A DNA stretch of 64,000 bases from an uncultured Phycisphaerales bacterium (GTDB lineage: Bacteria; Planctomycetota; Phycisphaerae; Sedimentisphaerales; Anaerobacaceae), in NCBI GenBank assembly GCA_963772725.1, contig CAVYYI010000001.1, positions 32,001 to 96,000 of the forward strand, given 5' to 3'. How positions within the stretch are numbered: position 1 is the first letter of the stretch; each line of letters opens with the position of its first letter. A program made the position numbers and the translations under genes. This document shows, one piece after another, positions 21,331 through 33,067 of this stretch. The notes beneath the pieces are model-generated. The model was not told where the DNA came from. It worked only from the letters and a program-made list of their open reading frames with translations, and made no database searches.

Positions 21331-22689
21331 CTGAAATCTCCTGACTTAATGAGTTTCAGATAGCATATTCCAACTTTAATTCATCCGGAACTTTTAACTG
21401 TCGCCGGAAGGTAAGAATAATTGTCGCTGATCAGTCAACACTTGTAAAACCCATCGAAACAGCGATGGTTTTAATAGGCCTATTAGTTTCCATCAGCATT
21501 CTACAGATTATTTCTAAACGCACCCGCCGTATTTCATGCAGGATTGATCGGGAAAGTACTTTTCTGAATCGACTTTCAAGTACACGACGTGAGAGTGTCG
21601 TAGCGGCTACAACGTCCTGTACCCCGATAGGGTCTTTTGCTTTTTCGCGAATAAAGCTCAGAGCCAAGGCTATATCATGATCATCTACTGCCAGTATATC
21701 TGTAGATTGCCTCACTTCAACATGCAGCGGCGAGACAATGAGTTTCTGACCGCACATCTTCTCTTGGCCCTTTATAAGCTTATAAAGCAGTTCTGCAACA
21801 TCATAGCCGACTTTAACGGTGTTCATTACTACACTGGAGAGAGTAGGATTTGAAAGATTGCATATCAGATTGTCGTTATCGACCCCAAGAATCGCGACTT
21901 CCTCGGGTATTTTGATATCCGCAAGTTTAGCTGCCTCAATGAGGTCTTCGGCCCGGTCATCGCAACAGGCCATTATGGCTATATGCTTAGGAAGTCGTGT
22001 CATCCAATCTGCAATAGCGGCAATCTCGTCCCCCCATCCATGCCGTCCGTGAGGCTCCTGATAATAATTAGCTTCAAATCCTTTTTCTTTGGCGTAATCA
22101 CAAAAACATTGACGTCTTTTCTGCGACCAGGAAACCTCGGGAAATCCGCAATAGGCAAGTCTTTTAAATCCCTGGCTTAAAAAATAGTCAATAGCCACTT
22201 GTACAATAGCCTCATGGTCCGAAGTAATCCTTGGAAAATAGTCCCCTTTAAATCGCCCCTTCGGCACAAGTGAAGTGGCAAAAATAGCAGGGATATTTTT
22301 CTTTTGAATAATAGGCATTTCCTCGATATTTCGTGTTATAATACCTACTATATCGCTTGGTATTTTTACGATTTGTTTGGTTTGATATTGTCCGCGTCTG
22401 AAAAAGGGAGGTTTGCGTGTTGCATACCAAGGGTTATGAATTCGGGTAAAGTCGGATATTCCCGTAAGCACGTCCCGCCCAAAACCTCGTGAAGTTTCTA
22501 TCGACAACATTATTTTCGGTAAATCAAACATTTTGACACATCCGTTTAAAAACCATATCAAACAAACTCATGTTTTCGAAATCGAGCTTACCTAATGCAA
22601 AGATTCTATCGTAATTCTTCTTAAAAATCATCACAAAACCTTAGTCCTTATCCAAAGTAAAGTTAATAATGGCATTGCGGAAAAGATAT

Positions 22690-22752
22690 TCGCAAAATGG
22701 CGGCATAAACTCGCAAAATGGCGTTTACATAATCTGATAACATCGTTATAAA
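22690..22752 (+). promoter_or_regulatory. Activator-dependent sigma70-type promoter, copy 1
   Basis: TCGCAAAATGGCG direct repeats 21 bp apart abut TTTACA-N17-TATAAA. Confidence 0.7.
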
Positions 22753-23072
22753 TCATAGTGTTGATATTTTTATAACGCTTAATTATCTGTCGAAGGTAAA
22801 AAAAATGGAAGGACAAATCGCGATTATTAAGGCATCAGTATTCATCTTACTATTACAAAGCTCTTGTAAAGATGTACGACACAGATACACATATCGGCAA
22901 TTTTATTTTCCAATCAGGTTCAGGACGGCTAAATATAATATTTCAGATATCCACCCGGAATGGAGGTGAAAAAAGAAAAGGGTAAAAACTGGAAGAAGAT
23001 ATTGATAATGAATATGCGGCTGGCCTGAGAAAATAAATCTTATAAAATATTTAAAAAAGAAGGAGTTTAAGT

Positions 23073-26000
23073 ATGTATAAAAAACTAATGTTCTTAATGA
23101 TTTTCGCCTCGCTCCTGGCATGGACAGGCAATGTCACTGGAGCGACCTATACCTGGGACCACGGCGGAGCCGATAAGCTCTGGAAAACAGCAGCCAACTG
23201 GTCCACGGACACTTTACCTACAAGCACCGATGATGCGAGAATTCTTGACGTTAGCACGGATAAGCCGGTTATCGATTCGGCACATACCGGCGCCAACGCG
23301 GCAAGGTGCAGCAACTTGCAGATAGGATATAACGCCGGAGAAACAGGTGAAGTCTCAATGACCGGCGGTGAGCTAATCTGTAATAGCAAACTACTGGTCG
23401 GCTACTATGGAAATGGTACTTTCACAATGAGCGGGGGAAGTATTACAACCACACTTTATGATTTGGATATCGGCGCTGCTGTCAGCGGCACAGGAAGCGT
23501 ATTTAATATGAGCGGCGGTACCGTTAACTCGGCAAGATACTTTTATGTTGGTCATCTCAGTACCGGCACCTTTAATATGAGCGGCGGTTTGGTTACGGCT
23601 ACTGGCGCCAATACCATCCTCGGACAGGGTGCCAGCAGCGGCAACTACGGCACAATCAATATCAGTGCCGGCACTATAGACACAACAGGCCAGCTCATCA
23701 GGGTCGGTTACAACACCAGGGGTATTATCAACATGACCGGCGGTAAAATCGAGGCCGGAGATGTGCATATTCCCCATTCTGATTCTTACGCTGGCCATGG
23801 CGATGTAAATTTATACGGCGGATTGATTAATACCGCTGCATTCTGGATGGGCAGCAACGGCTATATGGATATTGCAGGCGGAACGCTCACAATAACAGGT
23901 AATGTCGTATCTACCATCAACACTTATGTTTCGGCAGGCCAAATAGTGGGCTTTGGCGGCAGCGGCACAGTCAACGTAAGCTATGACACACCCGTTGCTG
24001 GCAAGACCACTGTAACGGCGACAAGCACAAAGGCATCCAGCCCAAGTCCTACCGACACTGCCACAAGTGTAGGAGTAACTACTGACCTTAGCTGGTCGGC
24101 AGGCTCAGGCGCGACATCACACGATGTATACCTTGGCACTGTTTGGGCCGATGTGAATAGCGCTACTACTGCCTCGTCTCTATTCAAAGGTAATCAGGCA
24201 GGTACGACTTATGACACAGGTACTATGGCTAATGACACCACTTATTACTGGCGAATTGACGAAGTCAATGCCAGCACCGTCAAGGGTTATGTCTGGAGCT
24301 TTACCACTGTTGTTGCGGCACCCAATAAGGCCACCACTCCAAGCCCGGCTAACAGCGCCACCGGCGTCAGCACAACTGCCGATTTAAGCTGGACGGCAGG
24401 TTCCGGTGCAACATCACACGATGTGTACATGGGTACTGTTGAGGCCGATGTTAATAGCGCAACCACCAGCTCATCGGTATTCAAAGGCAACCAGGGCAGT
24501 ACAACTTATGACCCCGGTACAATGGTTGGTAATAAAACCTATTACTGGCGAATCGACGAGAAAAATGGAGGCGGTACGACCAAAGGCACTGTCTGGAGCT
24601 TTACAACCAGCGCAGGGACACCACCCAACAAAGCTACCGGTCCGGGTCCTGCCGACGTTATTACCGGCGTAACTACAACCACTGATTTAACCTGGACGGC
24701 AGGCTCAGGGGCAACGTCGCACAATGTTTATCTCGGCACCAGCCGAAGTGCCGTTAACAATGCCACTACTGCTTCATCAGAGTACAAAGGCAACCAGGCC
24801 GGCACAACCTACGACACAGGTACAATGAGCAGCAACATAGGCTATTACTGGAGAATCGATGAGAAAAATGGAGCCGGGGCAACCAAGGGCGATGTCTGGT
24901 GCTTTGCTACAACACAGACTGCCAATCTTACGGTTGAGAACAGCGCTTACAAGGTTGTTCAGGCGACAAATCTTAATATGTCCGTAAAAAATAAGGATTC
25001 GAATACAACCTCGGCGTTCACTACCAAGTTCACGGTAATCTATAACGCTACCCAGCCGACACTGTCATCAGCCAGTGATTTGACTGCAACCTGGACATTG
25101 GCTGGAAAAAATCTTTTTGGTACAGGCACAAACACAAACTTGAGTGCAGCCAGTGCAGGCATATTAGACAGCAACCTCGTATGGACATTCACGACACAGA
25201 CTAATTTTGATTTAACCGCCTCACTGGATTTGTCAACTGATTATAACGAGCCTGCTTTGAGATATACTCTAAAGGCCAAGAATGCCGGCTGGTTCATGCT
25301 CGGTTATACCGGCGCTCCCGAAACCGACCCCAATACTATGGAAAAGTTCCATCAGCCAACGATGTGGGATGATAAAGTTATCGCCCCTCCGGACGATAAC
25401 AAGCTTGTTTTCGCGACCGAACCCACATTCTGCCAGGAATATCTCTGCCCGCTTCCTGCGGTTATGACAAGAGATGTTAATGGTGTGGATTGTGCAGTAG
25501 TCGTCAGTCCGGATTATCAGTCATTCCGACTGCCGCATTACAGGAACGTCGAATTCGGCCTTTGCATCAGGAATTTAGACGGCAAGGCCCAGCCGATGAT
25601 TTTCTCACCGGAAATGGGCGCACAGGAAGCGAATCTGCCGACCGATAAGGATTCATATCTGGCAGTGGATGAGACTCACAGCTTTGGTGTCCTGCTGGCG
25701 GTAGATAATTCCGAATGGTACGATTTCTACAAGGGCATAGTCAAAAACATCTTTAAATTCAGGGACCAGCGCGATAACAGCGGGCCAGGTTCTTTGAATA
25801 AATTGCTGGCTAATATAACTGATTACGCAATGGACGCCGACGGCAATAACTACAATATGTGGGACTCCAACCAGAAATGCAACGAGTATTGGACTGACCA
25901 GCCGTATTCATTCAAGGTTCTGGGCGGATTATTTGCAATCAATTCCGCGATAGTTTTGGATGACAACGAGATGTTCTGGTCCCGTTCCCTTCCCCAGGTT

Positions 26001-28941
26001 GAATACTGCATAAGCAGAGAGGAATCGTATTTTCATCCTTACAATTACAACTACAATTTGCAGATGTCGTACGATAACAATATGCTCGGCCCATGGATAA
26101 GCGGACTAGATTTCGGGAACTTTGTACCGGCTCACCGGAGGTCGTACCGGTGCATTTAAGGTCTATTCTAAGGAAAAAGGCCACACCGAATCGCATGGCC
26201 ACTTCCAGCAGTCCCTCGAATGGTATCGTCTCTATGGTGATATTAATGAACTGAACTATGCTGTTGAAGGAGCCGACTCCTGCATAATCAGCCCCTACCG
26301 CATTTGTGATTTTCAGAAGTTCCTGGAGATGTATGAGGAAACCGGAGATCCTAACTATTTAGATACAGCAAAAGTTAATGCATACCATTTTATGACAACT
26401 CTTAATACTTCACCGAGGGTTAAGGATGAAAATTACTTAGTGGATGAAAATAACGAAGCGCCTATACATTTCCAGACCCCGGGCAGGCATGTGTTGTGGG
26501 GGTATCCTCCACCCCAGCATATGTACGCTCCCCAGCAATCGGTACCATCGTGGCGTGTGGCGCTTACCGGTATGCAGGTGGGGACATGGAGGGCATTTAC
26601 GTTCCAGGAATTTCCGGGCGGATTGATGCGTCTAAGCGGATACTTAAATGATGACTTTATGCGTGATATGGCCCGATGGTCAACTGTTGGCAGATGGGCA
26701 AATTACCCGGGCCAGCAGTTCTCGAGGGATTACTCGCTGGTTTATGAGCAGGACGACTTCTGCATGCACCCGCTTGAATATATGACATTTACTTCAATGC
26801 ACTTCTGGCATCACTGGCAGTATATACCCTGGGCGATAGATTTTATGGTCAATGATACAATCGTTAAATCCGACGGCAACATTGATTTCCCGTCTCGAAG
26901 GGTATTTGAGGGCGGCGGCGGCAGCAGGTTTAATATCTGGGGCGACAGGCCCGGAACATTCCACGGCGATAGTAATGTAAAACTGTGGATTCCCAATAAC
27001 CTGCTCACCCTCGGCAGTCAGCAGATTAACTACATTGCTGGTTACGGCAATGGTAAGCTTTATCTTGCCCTGTCGAACCAGTCAGCAAGCCCCCTTACCA
27101 ATATGAGCGTAGCACTCAATTCGAGCAGAGTTGCTTATGGCTCTTCGCATACGGTAAAGGTCTGGAAAGACAACGTTGCTCAATCCGATAAGACCTTATC
27201 TAACGGTACGGTAAACGTCGATGTCTCAGCAAAAGGTCTTACAACCCTGATAATCCAGAATATCCCGGATGCCAACGTTATAACCAGCAAGGTTCATACC
27301 AACCTGTTCAAGCCGGTTTACTCGTTGACCGACAAGAGTCTTGTCAGAGATACTTCAACCGAAACTTTCGGCAGTATGATAGGTATGATTATTTCCTTTG
27401 GTCCTGAGTTGACCGAGGCATATACCTACACTGACGCCAGACCATGTTATTCAAAGAACATTGCCGGCGATACCAACAACGTGAAGATGCTCTACAGGCT
27501 TGACGGTGGTTCATGGCAGTCAACTGCAGTGGACTATGTGTTCCCGTTCGAGTTCTCTGTACAGATTAGTCCGGATATCAACACCTTTGAATATAAATAC
27601 GAAGAAAGAAACGATAGTAACACGCTTACAACTTCGAGCGTATACACATTGACGCTTATACCTTACGAGGCCAGGAGACCAAGTCCTGCACTCGAGGCAA
27701 CAAGTGTATCCACAACCGCTGATTTAAGCTGGCAGGCAGGATACTATGCCGGTTCACACAATGTGTACTTAGGCACATCGGAATCTGCTGTTACTACCGC
27801 TACTACCGCTTCATCAGTTTACAAAGGCAACCAGGCTGGCTCAACTTATGACGCCGGAACAATGGCTGCAAGCACTACCTACTACTGGCGAATTGACGAG
27901 GTCAATACCAGTGACGGCAACAGCCCGTGGCAGGGAAATGTCTGGAGCTTTACTACCGGCACCGGCGGCGGCTCGCCTCCCGGCCAGGCCTCTTCTCCAA
28001 GTCCGTCCAACAGTGCTACAAATGTAAGTGTAACGGCTGATTTGAGCTGGACGGCAGGCTCTGGCGCAACATCGCACGATGTGTACCTCGGAACTGTCGA
28101 AGCTGACGTCAACAGTGCTACTACAGGTTCTTCAGTATTCAAAGGCAACCAGGCAGGCACTACTTATGACACAGGTACTATGACCGGCAACACGACTTAC
28201 TATTGGCGTATTGATGAGAAGAACGCAAGCGGCACGACTAAAGGTACCGTCTGGAGCTTTACTACTGAGAAAGTAACGCCGTCGTATGTCGCGGCAGGAA
28301 GCGTGGCAAACGGCACAGGTGGTATAACACCGGCGCTTCCTTCGGGTATTGCCACAAACGACATCCTGCTTCTGTTCCTCGAGACCGCCAATGAGGCCAT
28401 CTCGATTTCCAATCAGAATGGCGGGACATGGACTGCAGTTACCAACTCTCCGCAGGGTACCGGAACAGCCGCAGGTTCTACTGCTACCAGGCTTACGGTA
28501 TTCTGGTCCCGGTATAACGGCACGCAGGGCGCTCCTACCACATCTGATTCGGGCAACCATCAGCTTGGCAGGATTATAGCCATTCGCGGCGCTGTTACCT
28601 CCGGCAACCCGTGGGATGTTACAGCAGGCGGTACTGAGGCTACGATGGACACCAGCGGCTCTATTGCAGGAGCGACTACAACGGTTGACAAGACTCTTGT
28701 TGTAACTGCCATTGCCACCAGTCACCCTGACGCAAGCAGCACGACAAACTTCTCGAGCTGGACAAACGCCAACCTGGCAAGTCTAACCGAGCGCACCGAC
28801 AATACCACGAACTCAGGCAACGGCGGCGGCCTCGGGATAGCCACAGGCGAGAAGGCAGCATATGGCTCTTACGGCAGCACGACTGTTACATGCGGGTCGA
28901 ATGCGTACAAGGGTATGATGAGCATCGCGATTAAACCTTGA
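23073..28941 (+). CDS. Giant secreted modular protein (~1950 aa if the single frameshift near 26120 is corrected): Gly-rich beta-repeat, 3 FN3-like modules, unknown core, 2 FN3-like modules, C-terminal domain
   Basis: Signal peptide; MSGG/MTGG repeats; five SP..LSW.AG..A.SH.VY.GT..YYWRIDE modules. The core is collinear with the paralogue at 31005-37143. Confidence 0.85.
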
Positions 28942-28992
28942 TTAGGATAACGTACCAGTAGGTTTTGGTACTAAAAGATGCTTCCTTTTACG

Positions 28993-29028
28993 GCCCGGCG
29001 GCAATGTTTAAGCCGCCGGGTTTTTTTT
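28993..29028 (+). terminator. Intrinsic terminator
   Basis: CCCGGCGGC-loop-GCCGCCGGG followed by T8. Confidence 0.8.
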
Positions 29029-29108
29029 CATCCTTGACGAGTATTATCTTTGGTATTGAAAAAAACAACAAAGAGGCGTGGCGACCGCAATGGACGCACG
29101 CCTTTTTT
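29010..29108 (+). repeat. Cassette-boundary direct repeat, copy B, with terminator-like hairpin
   Basis: TTTCATCCTTGACGAGTATTATCTTTGGTATTGAAAAAA..CAACAAA then AGGCGTG...CACGCCTTTTTT. Confidence 0.85.
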
Positions 29109-29281
29109 ATCCCGGTTTTCTGATAACAATTCTCTGAACAGCCCATCCCGCTGTTATTCTAAAACAATACTCAAGAAAAGGAGATAGACTTTATCTCAAA
29201 CATAGTATATCAGGTTCATGGATCTGGCAGAATAAAAGGTTTTCCTCGAAAACCTCCGGATGTTCTGAAATAACACCATTA

Positions 29282-30493
29282 CTACAGATAACTTATAAAC
29301 TTTCTCCGATATTGCTGTGGTGTCATTTTCTTAACCGACTGAAAGTAGCGTGCTATATGGTCACTGCTAAGGTATCCCAAGTTGGACGCTATTCTCGATA
29401 CTGACAAATTTGTCTCAAGCAGTAGTTGCTCGATTTGCCTGATTCGGGTTCGTTTGATTTCATCAAACATCGTCCGGCCAAGGGCTTTTAGAAATCGCGA
29501 GCGCAGCGTCTGCCGTGTAACCGCCAATGCTTCGGCGACATCACGAACCTGAATCAACTCTTTGGAATGCTCATGGATAAAACGCATCGCATCGGCAACA
29601 AGACTATCCTCTATTGCCAGAATATCAGTTGACCGTCTGGGTATAACCTGTTCTGGTCTGTCAATTATCCTTTGACCGGCCATTTTTTCTCCATTCATCA
29701 TCCTATCAAGCAATTCTGCGGCTTCATATCCTGCTTTTTCACTATTTAGCGGTATGCTTGAGAGCGGAGGATCCGAAAAACCGCAGACCACTGTGTCGTT
29801 ATCAACGCCGAGAACCGCTATTTCCTCCGGCACATGTAAACCTCCGAATCGACAGGCTTGAGTGATCTCATAGCCTCGGTCATCATTGCAGGCAAAAAGT
29901 GCCACCGGCTTGGGCAGCGACTTTAACCATTTAATCAGGGAAGTTTGTTCATTCACATAAAAATAATTTAAATCTCTTGGCTGTTCGTAAACATACGTAT
30001 GAAAACCCGCCTTTGCAATATGTTCGATAAAGCTCTTCCCGCGGTTCTGCGACCACTCCATATCATCATAACCACAATAAGCAAAGTTCCTAAACCCTCT
30101 ATCGAGAAAATGCTCGGCAGCAAGTTTTGCCGTTCGGACACAATCGGTAACAATTGCGGGAAAGCTGGCAAGTTCCTTCTTGAATGGGGATATAATGGTA
30201 GGCAGACCCCATTTAAGGATTTCGTCGTCTTTTTTGGGTTCACGTATTATAATACCGTCGGCTTTCCAGCTTTTCATATAATTCCAAAGTTTTTTTCTCT
30301 CATTGAGTTTGTGGTGGTAGTGAGTACCACTTCTAAAAAAGAATCTCCACGGCCCGTTCAGGCGAGAATATTGGGAAATTCCGACTAAAAGATTGCGGCC
30401 ATACCCACTCGAACTCTCGACCAGCAATATAACCTTACGAATCTTAGCCATAATTTCTATTATATCATCCACGGCCATTATTACCCAAATCAT
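29282..30493 (-). CDS. XylR-type transcriptional regulator (intact); start may be 30451
   Basis: YGRNLLVGI, FACNDDRG, VLGVDND, PPLSSI and RRSTDILA motifs, plus a complete AraC double HTH. Confidence 0.93.
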   Translation of the reverse strand: MIWVIMAVDDIIEIMAKIRKVILLVESSSGYGRNLLVGISQYSRLNGPWRFFFRSGTHYHHKLNERKKLWNYMKSWKADGIIIREPKKDDEILKWGLPTIISPFKKELASFPAIVTDCVRTAKLAAEHFLDRGFRNFAYCGYDDMEWSQNRGKSFIEHIAKAGFHTYVYEQPRDLNYFYVNEQTSLIKWLKSLPKPVALFACNDDRGYEITQACRFGGLHVPEEIAVLGVDNDTVVCGFSDPPLSSIPLNSEKAGYEAAELLDRMMNGEKMAGQRIIDRPEQVIPRRSTDILAIEDSLVADAMRFIHEHSKELIQVRDVAEALAVTRQTLRSRFLKALGRTMFDEIKRTRIRQIEQLLLETNLSVSRIASNLGYLSSDHIARYFQSVKKMTPQQYRRKFISYL

Positions 30494-30609
30494 TATGTTA
30501 AAGTTTGGGTTGTTTGGACTTTCGCTTTTTCTATTGTGAAACGGATAATATTGGAAATTTAGCTGTCTGGCAAGCAGTTAGTTTAAAAATACAACAAAAA
30601 ACCGCTTTC

Positions 30610-30669
30610 CAAAATGGCGGTAAAAAAATTCAAAATGGCGTTTACACAGTCTGATAATATCGCTATAAA
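30610..30669 (+). promoter_or_regulatory. Activator-dependent promoter, copy 2
   Basis: CAAAATGGCG repeats at 30610 and 30631, then TTTACA-N17-TATAAA. Confidence 0.7.
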
Positions 30670-33067
30670 CAATACCACTGTTACTATTTCTACAATACTT
30701 ATTATCTGTCGAAGGTAAAAAAAATGGAAGGACAAATCGCGATTATTAAGACATCAGTATTCATCTTACTATTACAAAGCTCTTGTAAAGATGTACGACA
30801 CAGATATGCATATCGATAATTTTATTTCAAAATAAGGTTCAGGACAGCCAAATATAATATTTCAGATATCAACCCGGAATGGAGGTGAAAAAAAGGAAAG
30901 GGTAAAAACTGAAAAAAGATATTAATAATGAATATGCGGCTGGCCTGAGAAAATAAGTTTTATAGAACATTTAATGAAAAGTTGTAGAAGGAAGGATTTT
31001 AATTATGTGCAAGAAACTAATGTTATTAATGATTTTTGCCTCGTTGCTGGTTTGGACGGGTAACGCTATTGGAGCGACTCGCACCTGGGACCATGGCGGT
31101 GCAGACAAGCTGTGGAAAACAGCAGCCAACTGGTCTTCGGATACTGCACCGACAAGCGCCGATGACGCGAGGATTCTCGACACCGGCGTGGATAAACCGG
31201 TTATCGATTCAACCCATACTGGTGCCAGTGCGGCAAAGTGCAGCAACCTGCAGATAGGGTATAACACCGGCGAGACGGGTGAAGTTTCAATGACCGGCGG
31301 CAATTTAACCTGTTATAGCAAGCTCCTGGTCGGCTACAGCGGCAATGGAACTTTCACCATGAGCGGAGGCAGCATCTCAATTCCGACGTATGATTTGGAC
31401 ATCGGCGCTGCCGCCGGCGGCACAGGAAGTGAATTTCATATCAGCGGTGGTACAGTTAATATAGCAAGATACCTCTATGTTGGCCACCTCAGCTCCGGTA
31501 CTCTCGATATAAACGGGGGTTCGATTAAAGCTACCAGCTACAATACCATTATCGGGCAGGCCGCATCCGGTACTGGTATAATAGATATCGCAGCAGGTAC
31601 CTTAAACGCAACAGGCCAGCTTATCAGGGTCGGCTATAACACTCAGGGCATAATTCATATGACTGGCGGTAAAATTTTGGCAGGCGATGTGCATATCCCC
31701 TATTCCGATTCTTACAGCGGCCACGGTGACGTGAACCTGTACGGCGGCTCCATTGAAACAGCCCAATTCTGGATGGGCAATAACGGCTATCTGGATATCG
31801 AGGAGGGCAAGCTGATAATAGATGGCGATGTAACCTCAACAATAAACAGCTATGTTTCCGCGGGCAAGATAAGAGGATACGGCGGCGTAGGTACTGTAGA
31901 GGTGACTTATAACACACCTTACGCGGGAAAAACTACTGTACGAGCAACCCAGATAGCTATTGAGAACAGCGTCTATCAGGTTATTCAGCATGCTAACCTT
32001 GCCACTATATCTGTGATAAATAAAAGTTCGAATACGACTTTATACTTTACTCCCAAGTTTACGGTAATCTATAATGCCACACGGCCGACATTGTCATCAA
32101 CAAGCGACCTGTATGCGGTATGGACATCCGCCGGGGAAAATCCTTTCGGCACAGGCACAAATACCACGCTCAGTCCTACTGACGCCGAGATAGTAGATGG
32201 CAACATAGTCTGGACATATCCTACGCAGACTAATTTTGATTTAAGCGCGTCGATGGATGTGTCAACTGATTATAATGAGCCGATGCTGAGATATACCTTA
32301 ACAGCTAAAACCGCGGGGTGGTTCATGCTTGCTTACACAGGCGCTCCCGAGGTTGACCCGAATACAATGGAAATACTCAACCAGCCGACGATGTGGACAA
32401 GCAAGCCAATTGACCCGCCGGATTGTTCACCGCCCGCCTTCCCGACTTCACCAAAGTTTGCGCAGGAATATCTCTCGCCGATGTCTCTTGTTATGACGAG
32501 AAACAGCGGTAAAGATTGTGCGGTAATTGTCAGCCCTGAAATTGAATCCTTCCGTCTGCCGCATTACAAGAATGTCGAATTTGGGCTTTGTATCAGGAAT
32601 CTGAACGGCAAGGCACAGCCGCTCATTTTCTCACCGGAAATGGGTGCGCAGGATATCAATCTGCCGACCGACAAAGATTCGTACTTAGCGGTAAATGACA
32701 CATTCAGTTTCAGCGTTCTGTGGGCTGTGGATAACTCCGAGTGGTCTGACTTTTACAAGGGCATAGTCAAGAATGTTTATAAAGTCAGAGATTTGCGTGA
32801 TAATACTGGTCCGGGCTCTTTGAATAAACTTCTGGCCAATTTAACCGATTATGCGTTGGATGCCGACGGCAACAACTACAATATGTGGGATTCCAACCAG
32901 AAGTGCAACGAATACTGGACAGACGACCCGTGCGCATACAAGATGATGAACGGCCTGTTCGCGATAAATTCCGCGATAGTGCTGGATAACAACGATATGT
33001 TCTGGTCCCGCGCACTGCCGCAGATGGAATACGCCCTCAGCCGCCAAACAGCTGTATTCACTCCGTA

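Larger units (their letters stand above)
18963..21433 (-). mobile_element. IS21-family insertion sequence
   Basis: TG..CA ends (TGTCCGGCGTCAATTAT vs reverse complement TGATCAGCGACAATTAT); 7-bp TSD GTCAACA at 18956-18962 and 21434-21440. Confidence 0.93.
18881..22531 (-). pseudogene. XylR-type (periplasmic-binding-fold + AraC HTH) regulator interrupted by IS21
   Basis: The ORF ends ...GFTSVD at a TGA supplied by the IS end. The missing tail HISRFFSKEKGMSLQQYRIRYVTN* is at 18955-18881. Confidence 0.92.

Noticed and set aside
22805..22969. 54-aa leader peptide (MEGQIAII...HPEWR)
   Set aside because: Copy 2 has a stop after 31 codons and copy 3 matches only briefly, so coding function is unsupported.
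23980..28270. Recurring DNA repeats inside giant gene 1 as a non-coding array
   Set aside because: They are in-frame FN3-like protein modules.
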